Shown here: in pieces, positions 25,186 through 37,100 of the stretch
Layout of the letters: each line of letters starts with the position of its first letter
How positions within the stretch are numbered: position 1 is the first letter of the stretch
Assembly (NCBI RefSeq): GCF_037042905.1
Contig: NC_087251.1
Span: forward strand, 22,074,001 to 22,138,000
Source of the DNA: Lytechinus pictus
Taxonomy: Eukaryota
Direction of reading: 5' to 3'
DNA length: 64,000 bases
Program-made: the position numbers and the translations under genes
Notes under the pieces: model-generated
The model's input: the letters and a program-made list of their open reading frames with translations, nothing else
What the model was told of the DNA's origin: nothing
The model's database searches: none

Positions 25186-28100
25186 ATGGGTATCCGCTTG
25201 ATTGTTCTGTGTATAATTGTTGAAGTCTGTCTACTGAACTCACGACAGATATTTGCGTGGAATGTGGTATCACGAGTTTCGAGACTGCTGTCGCCCGAGT
25301 CTGGCCCAGTGGGGCATTCGAGCGTCCGTAGCATACTGGAATCCAGGCTGGAATATGTTGCTGGTGAAGTAGACAAAGGAGCATTCACATTTGATCGAAA
25401 TGTGAACAAGCAAAGGTATGAATCATGTAAAAGTAGGCACTAAACTAGACAGCTGGCAGCCGTCTATTTCAAGGATTTTTTGGAAACATTTTTGATTAAA
25501 TTTTTTTTTTTATCCTTGTACTAGTTGTACACAGACGGCTCGCTATCGTGCAGCTACCAGTACCATTAGGGGGAAATGCAAAATCTCCCCAACGGGGCTC
25601 ATCGATTTCTGTCTTTATTTCATAAAAATATTTATAAAGAACTACCAAAATAAAGATTATTATTCCGTTTTGGCCTGAAATACACCAAAACAGGGAAAAC
25701 TAAACTTAAAAGGGGAAAAAACAGTGACTTCGGCTGTTGCGTAACTTCACTTCCCTGTTTTATTCGAACTTGATACATAAACATAAAACAGAGACCGAAG
25801 CTTTTGGCCTAGCACTAAACTAGACTGATTATGAGGGACAGATCTACATGTACATGTTTTTTTGTACACTGATCTCTGATAGAATAGTAATTTGGTTTGG
25901 GATTATTATGCTTTATGCTTGATAATAATAAGAAATGTAGTTAACACAAGATTAATATCATATTCTAAACTAAAGACAATTGTGTTGATGGTAATGATAG
26001 ATGCAGAAATGAAATCATGGATAATGTTATAAAGAATGATATTAAAAGGAATAGAATTGACTTAATGAAATAAAATGATCTTTATATAGTCTGTACACGG
26101 GAAAAGGTAATAAGGATTATGTAATTATTTCATGAGCCATTTACTTTTCAGAAAATAGTATTCAAATGATTCCTGCAGAAATTAACATCTACACAAATAC
26201 TTAGATAAGTCAGTTACAGTTCAAGAGAAATTACAAGAATATGTAAATAGATCACAAAAAGATAAAAAGATTGTGTTTCTGAAGTAATACTGTTTAATTT
26301 TTAGATTGTGCATACAAGTATGATATTTATACAGAATTTGTTTAGTGTGCACACTTAATGTAATTTACTCTAACTAGTCTATGTGAAATACAAAACCAAA
26401 GAAAATATTAAATTATTAGGGCTCAAGATGAATTTGATTTCAGAATGTGTCCAGTTGAAAGTAGTTATTTAATTTGTTTATTATTAAAAGGAAAGTAAAG
26501 ATAATTTTGAAGCTTTGTCAGGCCTAAAAAATAGTTGGCTACTATGCCATCTTTTTTAATCAAAGTTTAGGCAACTGAAAATGTGTCTATTTGAATTTGG
26601 CTATATTTTTTTTCACGTCAATCTCCTTCCAAATTTGCCTTGGTGCCCCTCAATCTAGCTTGGTGCCCTCTGTTTCCTAGGAAAAAGTGACCCTCACCAA
26701 AGTGGCCTTACACCTCCAAAATCATATTTCAAGGTCTACTTCATAGATTTGTAATTAGATTTTGTATTTAGATTTAAATTGATGCGCATTGAATGATTAT
26801 TATGTACTGTTTACTCTAATATATTAACCTATTTATGTATTATATATCTTTATCATTGTAGCACAAATGACACTTGGACCGAGCTTGTGCTTACAATACA
26901 GTGGCCACAGAGTTTCTGCATAGAGTATAATGTACAGTAATATTCATTTATTTTTCCTTTCTGAGACATTTGTTAACATTGAAAACTTACCTTTTACTTA
27001 ATTAGTATCAGATTTCTTTGGAATATTTTAGTTGTTGGAAGTATTTCTACTAAATGATTGAATGATAGTCCTCTGCCATTGGAAATATTTCTTGACTTTA
27101 TATGTTGTAGAATAAATGACAATTATCCATTTATAATGGAAAATGAAGTTAATAAAATAAAATAAGATATTCTCGATAGATTTTTTTTTGGCTCCTTTTT
27201 TTGAGCTTTTTAATCTCTCACAATGGTCTCAAAATGATGAGTTACTAGATCTTCATCCATTTAACATGTTCAACTATTCTAAAACCACTTGCAAATTGCA
27301 AGTGATTTAGAAATATCCTGGTGGTCTTTATGAGTACATTGCAGCAAGATTGAAGGTCCCTACAAGAGAGCTCCATTGCACAGCCTTCTTCAAAATGATG
27401 TTAAAATAACCCCAAAATAAATTCTTTGATGGACAGGGTATTTTTACTTACATATATTGATTAAATGTTTTGTTTTCATTTTCCTTATCGACTTGAAGGA
27501 CTCGGGTGAGAAAGGAAAATGCCAAGTCCCTGAAGGGATTGATGATTGGACGATTCATGGCTTATGGTAAGTTTGTTTTGATTCCTTTGAATTCAGTTAG
27601 AGACATTTTGTAAATGGGATCGGCAAATGGCTGTATTATGACAATGATTGATTGTTGATGATGATGTGGAAATTAAATGACTTTGAGCTCAGATGTGATC
27701 TCCCACTAACCAAGTTTCCACAAGACAATGTTATGTACATCCCTTTTAGTTGTCTGGTAGTACAAATAAGCATGACAGAAAATGATAGGAGTTGAATGTA
27801 GATTATGTCAGCCTTCCTGCATAGCAGAAGATTTTATTGTTTTCAAAGAGGCCTGGAAGGGCTCTTCTATTGATACCATGCGCGACCTTGGTGTCTCGAA
27901 AAGCACCCTAAGCAAGTATTTTCCATATTCTGAAAATGCACCCCTTAACAAGTATTGGTGTGTGAAACCCTACCCTTGACAAGTATTGGAAACAAAATGA
28001 TACCCTGACTTGGCAAGTATTCCCTGAATTGAACCCCTAAACAAGTGCAGCATTATTTTAATTGTTATATGTCATGAACGTCAGTTTTACCTTTACCTAC

Positions 28101-31065
28101 ATGTACATCATTGGGTTTGGTACGGCCCCACCTCCAACATCTCGTGGAAATCGGACTCTAAACACGTAGTGTTGTCTGTTGGGGCAAAAAGTACATCCTT
28201 TGTAAAACATTTAGTTTTTTTTATACCCTCGCAAATTTGACCCTAAACACATAGCTTTCCTAGCGAAATAGATACCCTTTTAAATTATTTTAGTGTTTTT
28301 GACACCCTTATTACATTCCGTACGTAACGTGCCCTACATGTACCTTGAAAAAGACATCCCTTTTACATGTTTTTTTTTGGGTCGCGCATGGTATCCACTC
28401 GTCAATGTAAGTGCCCCCCCCCCCCCCGGGCAAAGAGGTTATCAAAGTATAGAGTGTACTACTACTTGCTGAGAGAAAGATTGTAAATTTACCAGAAATA
28501 TGCATTGTGTTTGGGGGATAAATTCATCTGCATGTAGTTCTAGTTTACGTTAATTGTAAATTTACGACTGGCCAATTATTTTGGTGACTACACTTTTACT
28601 GGCATACACCACTTACGCTGCTCACCACTGATAGTTGTACATGTACATTATTTGTACACAAAGTCTGACTATATTCTTGTGTGTTTTTTACTTTTTAACA
28701 TGCCACTGAAAACTACAGTGCGTATCAAACAAAAGTTTACACTTTGAAAAAGCCCTGGGAATTAAAAAATATACAACATGTGGGTATTTTTTTCACATAT
28801 AATCTTGGGTTTGGGTCTCATCTATCAAATGAAAGTAAGAGTTTTGACAGAATGTTACACTTGAGTGAGCACTGTCCATTTTTGTAAAGCTTGCAGAAAT
28901 CTGTTTGCGCAGAGCCGCTCGTTTTCACGCTGTGTCAAGGGAGAAGGGCAAAATCAAACTTACCCTGCGAAACATTTCCCTTGCACTTTTAGTCAATTGA
29001 AATAAAACGGATACATTCAAGCACTTTGTAACAATTTTGCCACCCAAATTGAAATTTCAACACTTAGTAAGCACAACCTTTACACTTTTTGTGCCAGCTG
29101 AATCTGAGGACATAACTGAATCCGAAAAAAAACTTTATATCAGAATTCTCCAGCATTTTTTCTCTAAGTTTTTATCATTCTAAAGTGGGTTTACATTTTT
29201 CATTTAATACTTGTTTCTCCACACTTTTTCCAACCCTGACAATGATTAACAAAATGAAAATCAAGCCTAAGCCATTTCATGTAAATCACAGCTCAGTGTA
29301 AAGCAAATATCGTCACGATGGCCTCGGTGTGTGGGGGAGTGGGGTGGGGCGCAATGCACTCTTTGAAGTGTTTTGGGCAAGGAAACAAGTTAAAAAAGGT
29401 AAAAGATATCTTCAAATCAATTTTACTAGCTAAATTCCACGTGTTCTTCATCATTAAGGTAGACTTTCATTCGCATAACTATTTCAAAGTTCTGCGCAAA
29501 TCATTTTTCACTCATTTTTCAAAAGTAAATGGTACTTAAGCGGAAAATATTTTTCGACAGTTATATCGTCATTTGCTTAAATGGATCTGTACCAATGTTA
29601 AAATGTGGAAAAATCTTAAGGATATTACAAAGGTATAATTTTATTGGATTTTTTCTAAGTGTTAACTTTATTTTGATACGCACTGTATAGTCCCATTGAT
29701 CCTATGTGTATCATTTGGTGCCATAAAAAAGAGTTCCTTTTGTCCACTTTACAGTATGAAGAAATATGCTGTCTAATGTATAGTGAATCATGTGAGAAAT
29801 TGTACAGTTATTATTATTTTAATGACAAAGTGGCTTTTTTGTTTCACTTACATGTATTTCTAAAACCAACAGCATTGATAAGACTGAATCACTACAAACC
29901 CAAACCTCATAAGTGCTAAATGAAAGTGTGTTGCATGTATGCAATATCCCTAAGAGCACTCAAAAATAAGAATTTATAATCAAGCGTGTACAATACCCTG
30001 ACATGTCATGTGACCAAAGCAAACACATGACTGCAAATAAATCAAACAGAAGTGCCTACCCAGGAGATATTTGGTGGTATGATTATTATAATTAGAATGT
30101 CATTTTTAAAAAGAGTTATATGCTTCCTTTTCTCCATGATTAAATTGTTTCTGTTGGGAAATAAATCAAATGATTATTCATATAATTTTAACAGATATAA
30201 AAAATCATTAGGCCTAATTTCTGAAAGGATAATTTCTCCCTTCACTTTCATTAGCAGTAATCTTTTGCTTTCTATTTGTTTTACACTCCGTACATGTTGT
30301 AGCTGATTTCAAGTGAACTGTAATTTTGATATTAATATTTGTTTTTGTGTATTACCATACTGTTTTCATTTTATGTTGTCCTGCATCATGTAACATGGGC
30401 TTCTTGTTAGATGATTATTTCCATTTTGATGATAATAAAAGTTGATTAAAAAAAAAGACTGCATGTATAGCAAGTTAATCGTTCATTTTAAATATTTGAA
30501 ATATATAACTGATCAGCATTGTAAATGTCTGAAATCTGTTCTAACTCTGTTTCTTTTCATGTCATCAGGCCATCTAATCCTGGTCAAGTGGGCCCAGCAT
30601 TTTGCAATGATACATGGAAGTTTGACATCACCAAAATATCAGTAAGTAATTTAAGGAGTTATTTTCTCTCTTTTTAAATCATAGTGTATTCTTGAGGAAC
30701 ATTTTGCATACTTTTGCATACTCACAATGCATACTTCTAACTCTGAAGTACATGTACTTGTTTAAATTGTCCTGTACATAAGTTACAACCAGTGGCGTAC
30801 CTAGGATTTTTCACAGGGGGGGCCAAATTGGCCGCCCAAAAATTTGACAAGCAAAAAAAAAAAAAAAAAAAAAAAAGGGGTCATCAATACAAAATAAAGA
30901 TTTTCGTACCAGAAAAAATTTGACAAGCAAAAAAAAAAAAAAAAAAAAAGGGGTCATCAATACAAAATAAAGATTTTCGTACCAGAAAAAAAAGTTGACA
31001 AGCAAAAAAAAAAAAAGGGGTCATCAATACAAAATAAAGATTTTCGTACCAGAAAAAATTTGACA

Positions 31066-31100
<35 letters not shown>

Positions 31101-34100
31101 TCTTCAGGTCTTCGTCAGGGGGGGCAGAGTGCCCCCCCTGCCCCCCCCGTAGGTACGCTAGTGGTTACAACAAATTGCACTGCTCCAAATTTCCCTTGCA
31201 TTAGAATCAGTATGTATTTAGGATATCTTATCTTCTAAAAAGAATGTGAAGGAGATACATGTATTCCTTTCATAATACTTTTCATAATGATATGTTACTG
31301 TATGTACATTGTTTATCATTTTCACAAGATGAGATAAGACTTCAGGGAGATAATTATTCCATTCGTTTTGTTATTTATCTTTCAGAATTATTATTTGCGG
31401 TTTCCAAAATAGAATTATGGAATACTTGATTTTAAACCTTGTTTTACTACAACGAATTAATTATCAGCTATGATACTTAAGGGACTCTGATTCATTTTTT
31501 GTTTGTTTATACTATGTTTCCAGTTTTGTAAAAATTATTTTTGCATGGTGTAGAAATCAAACAAATAAGTGATTAGAGAGGTGCTCCAGCCTTATAGAAA
31601 GTTTATTTGGATCCTGGGAAATAAATCAAGCATACATAGGCAATTAAAAAAATTATGATGATGATTACAGAAGGATTATTACAATTTTTAATGAAAAAAG
31701 AAAAGAAAACGGTGGTATTGATAGTTTGATACACGCATTATCATTCCATGTTGTCTTATCACAAGCCTATTTTTTTCTTGTGTATTTAAATGAGTATGCC
31801 TTCCCAAGTTCCCTTATATCCAAATAAGTTGATGTAATATGAGTTACACATTCCTTAAGAAAATCTTGAAATTGAAATATTTGTAATTGCTTACGATATA
31901 AATTAAAGAAAAATTGACTTGCTGCTTCATCATCTCATTCAAATTATTCAGTTTTATTTCGTAGAATAACTTCATCCAATTCTTCTATTTGCAGCTCCTT
32001 GTCCCAAAATCGTATTTTTCCTTGCCCCAACCCTTTGATATTTAGGTAACCCTGTTTGTGTATCTTAAATATTCACTATCAATTGTTATCAAGATAAATG
32101 TGTGAATATCATTCACTGATTTTGCTTTAATGTAAGTGTTATTTTTCTTTGGTAGGACATTGAAAAACAGATGAACACTAGCTGGCCAAATTGTATAACA
32201 GATGAGCCTTATGATAGCTTGTGGTGAGTTACTCTTTTCAATTCAATACTGTCGTACAATTTACTTCTGTCTCTGCACATTTTATATTTTCCATTATATT
32301 TGTGCATTTTGTTTACATGTATATAATCTACAGTTATCCCTATTTTAATGGATTTTTCATTTGTTTCAATGATTATCTTGATTTAATGCAAAAATACTGC
32401 ATGTTGGAAAGGTGATTTAATTATTCCATTTGAAATATATTTTTTTATACTTGGTATTGGTGTGTGTATTTTTGTGTGCGTGAATAGAAGTGCAAGAACA
32501 TACTCCAACGAAAACTTGGATAGAATCGTTGATATTGCTTTGAAACTTATTAGATGTGCTTTGCACATGTACATGTACTTCTAGTCTTCTACCATACATA
32601 GGGGATTTCATTGTACTTGAGGATGTATTCAATTGTCATCTGATTTTCAATTCTGGTTTATGGTTATTTTGAAAGAAAAACATGAAACAACTTTGAATAA
32701 AATTACTTAGTTCCTGTTGGAGTACACTTCATGTACTAATGGTAGTCTTTGGGTGCAGACCTTGATTGGCACAAAATCAGCAAGTGGGATTTGAAAGAGT
32801 TCAAACCATAGGATAGTTGAGCTGAAGTTCCAAATTCCATTGAACTTGATAGAATTCAGAGTATGTGTCAATTAATCTTAGACTGGTGTTTGTTGTGCCT
32901 GTGAGTTATCCCATTGATATCAGTGAATATGAGCTTCATGCCATTGTAAAGATCATAACCTACTAGCAAATGAACTTCAGTTTTGATCATGATAATTTGT
33001 CTGTACTTATTGGACAAGTCGATGGTCCCAGAAAATTTGATTTGAGATTTTACAGCGAGCCGAAACTTAAAAATGCCATAACTTTTTTTAATTTTAAATC
33101 CGATTTGGATGACATTTTCAGTGTTATGTCTGTTTGATTTTTCTGTTTTTATTCAAATCAACTTTCGTTGGGTCAAAATGTATTATCTAGATGTTCATGT
33201 ACACCTGAATATCATGTGCCCAATGGTTTGGATGGGAAATAAGTAATTTGCAAAATAAATGAATGCATGATGTTATTACTGGATCTACTATCATGTTGGT
33301 CTTTTCTCCAAGTTACTGATAAAATATCCTGCCCTGGAGTTGTCCATTGCAATGTCCAAATGGTCTGTTGGACATGCACCAACACACATTCACAAGCTTA
33401 CTCTCCCTCTCTCTCCATAAGTTAGGGACCCCAGTTTATAAACCTGTCTTATTTCCATTCCATATATCATGGACTTTGAATGCATGCCTCAATAACTTTA
33501 TTTACAGGTGTGTGAAAAGAATCCTGGTACATTTGATGAAAGTAATTGCTCTGCCCACGCTAGTTGTTGCCTCAGGTTGTCTAATTGACAGTGTAGAATG
33601 CCATTTCAAAAAAAGCATGTAGACCATGTTTTCCCAGTACAATGGTTCTTAATCCATTTCTGAGGAGCACCAATACCAAAAGCCTTTGCAAGTACAGCAC
33701 CGTTATAGTCAGACATCTAAATGTCTTAAGTCATTTTCAAGTATTCTACTAGTACTATTCTACTACTGTCATGTTTATATTTTGCTCATCAGCGAAAGAT
33801 TCATTCAATCTTTGCAGAACTGAGAATCCCATGGTTGGCAGACTTACAAATATCCCTGGGTTGACTAACCCAGTTCTCTACTACTTCTAGATTCCTGCCT
33901 TTTCCTGTCAATTCCCTAACAAAATTAGACATTGCAGTGGAATTTTAAAGTGATATCACTCTTCATTGGTTTGCATTATTGTGTAATGTACTATATTTGC
34001 CCATACTGACTACCTGATTGACAAAATGCCAAGTACATGTACATACCACTAAAGTTTAACATAATAATCCACAGATTAAGGGAAACCTATTTTTGCTAAC

Positions 34101-37100
34101 CATCACCAATTGATCAAAGACCTGAAATGAATCAAGAGATACAGTTTCAGGTTTATTTGTTGTAAATTGTAGGTACAATTGATTTGTGGTAGTACATACT
34201 GTAGTGGCACTGGACTATTGCCAGATGAACTACATGTAGCTCAATGTTAGTTGTACTAATGAGTATTGTTCAGTGCTCTGACAACTCATCCCTTCTATAT
34301 CATTACGTGACAGATATTCTTTTTGAAAGTACTATTGATCATTCATTATCTCCCCTTCTGTTTTTGTAGCAGTACACAGAAGTTCATTATTTGTGATTGG
34401 TGGCTTTGTGGCAATGTATACTACTGTTCAAACATTACAGGGAATCCAACCTTGATTATTATTTGTATGAAGGTGAAAGCATAAAAGAGAAGCAGAATGG
34501 TGATAGTCCGAAAGCAATCAGATATGGAGTAAATCATTTCTGTTTAAGTGAGATCACCATTTCAAGCTAGCTATTCAATAAAGTGGTAGGGACGACCTTT
34601 TTCATGTGCTTCATTGTTAGAATTTTTTTCCTTAAGCCCTTTTTCTCTATGGGTGCATCTCGAATGTGACATAGACAGCGTTGTTGTAATATAAATCCTC
34701 ATAAAAAGAAAAATATGATTATTTAACATTTTGAAAAAGAAGACATTTAAAGGGGAATCCAACCCAAATAAAAACTTGTTTTTATGAGAAAAAGAAAAAT
34801 CAGACAAGTTGATAGTTGAAAGTTTGAACAGTATTGGACAAACAACAAAAAAGTTATGAATTTTTAAAAGTTGTAGATATTGGTAATCACTATACTCATG
34901 GCGACTTCAAATTGGCCGCATATGGGATGTCATAGTGATGTAAGGCAAGGACTACTCTTCCATGTGCTCCAATACATATTATGGCTAAAATGTCATTTTT
35001 CCCAAAAGTTTTATTTCAAATTATATTTTTCTTTCATGAGGACATTAAACAAAATACTACCTGGGTTATATTTAGATTACTGCCCCAGGGGAATGGGTAC
35101 TTAGGAGAAAACCACAAATCCCTGATAATAAAGTACATGGCCTATGGAAAAGTTGTCCTTGCCCCTTGTCATAATTTACTTACCCAGTTGCCAATTTGAA
35201 ATCTACATACTATTAGTGATCTCAATTTTAAAGCAGCTATAACTTTCTTATTGCTTGTCCGATTTCTTTCAAACTTTCACCATCCTGTTTAATTTATTTT
35301 TCTCCTTCCCAACACAATATTTTATGGCAAAGGTTGGATTCCCCTTTAAGTAATTTTGTGTATGAGAGCAAGTGGCGGAATACAAGCCCTTACCCAACAT
35401 CCAATTACATCATGACTAACGGCATAGCCAGGATAATTTACTTTTTTAATTCTTTAATTTACAGATTTTCTTTGTTTCAGTATGTTAAAAAAACATTCAT
35501 CTATCTATTTCAACAAAATTTTAAAAAGTTCAGGCATTTTTTAAGCTACCTACATACATATGTACTTGTTAACAACTAAGAAAAAAGGTGACATCACATA
35601 CACAGTAAACTTGAAATTCCCGTTAATAAGAGACAACAACTTTTCCCAACTTTAACAGATTCATAACCTAATTTGTTTGATTATTTTCCTTTTATTTTCA
35701 ATCAACTTTTCCCTTGGATTGAAAAATAAATTCCCCATAAAGTGTCAGGGTTGGACTTCCTCTTTGCATGCCTCTCATTTTGTAAACAGGGCATATCAGG
35801 TGACCAAGCATTATATTTTGTTTTCCTCAATCAGGTCACATGAATGGGATAAGCATGGCACATGTGCTTCATCATTGCCGGCCCTCTATGGAGAGCATAA
35901 TTACTTTCAACAGACTCTCTCTCTGAGAAAACAATATGACATCAAAGGGTAAGTACCACTTTTATTTCCTTTCATTCCAGAAGCATAATAAGAGCATTCA
36001 GGGCTCCATAACACAAAAGTGTGAGATGAATTGCAAATTCAAAGTGACAATTCACTGTCAGAGTTGGACAAATACCCTGAACTCTGTGTTTTATTTCCCC
36101 CTGGAAACATTTATATGTTAATTTTGTTACAGATATCCTGTTTCCCAAATATTTTCAAGCTTTTGGAAGTGTTTTGAAACAAAGCCAATCTATGCGTAAA
36201 CTTTGAGTGTAGTGAAAATGACAGAGTTTGATTTTTGAGCTGCCTCAGCTGTGTATTAAATTGTCAGCTGATTCATAATCTCTTGCATCATGTTTCAACA
36301 GAATGTTGTCAGGGGTTGGTTAGGGAAATCCCAACAAGGTTGTGAAATGTGTTCCTGAATGAAAAATAAAATGATGGATGTGGTCTACCACATGACTTGC
36401 TTAAATGTCTTCTATTTCAATACTCAATCTTCCTTTGAAATACAGGATAGGACCTATATACTGTAGATAAATCACTTGTGCAGCACATTTCTTTTTGCTC
36501 ATATAACCAGTTGGTAGTTTACCTGAGCTTTGATTTATATTCATAGGATGGATAAAAAGGTTAATGGGCCTCCAAAGCTTAGCAATTAAAGAGGAAGTTC
36601 ACCCTGACGAAAAGCTTTTTTTTGGTTAAAATACCAGGTGGGTGTTTCATAAAGCTGTTCGTAAGTTAAGAGCGACTGGTGTTCCTTTCTTGTAATTGGT
36701 ATACTTACACCAAAACGTTCATTGGCGATGGTTTAGTGAGTAAGAAAGGTTCAGCGGTCGTTCTTAAAGTTGCTCTTAACTTACGAACAGCTTTATGAAA
36801 CGGCCCCCAGGAATAAAAATCATTGGTGAAGGTTTGAAAAAAAATCTATCAAAGATTGAATTAGAATTTTAAGTTTTTGATTTGTGATGTTATACAGTGT
36901 GTCCCAGAAAAAAATGAAAATGGAATTCAGTGTATTTTTTTGCCATCATAATCATGATTTTGCTTCAAGAGATGTACATCAACAAAGAGACATGTTTCCC
37001 CTCTTTCATTTAAAGCCAATTTCAACATTCATAATGCAAGCATGACTGAGTTAGAACAGTAGAAAGAGGTGCTAGTAAATTTCCATTTGCACACACAAAT

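Noticed and set aside
30840..31100. CRISPR-like repeat-spacer pattern
   Set aside because: The spacers are only poly-A, the context is eukaryotic and there are no cas genes.
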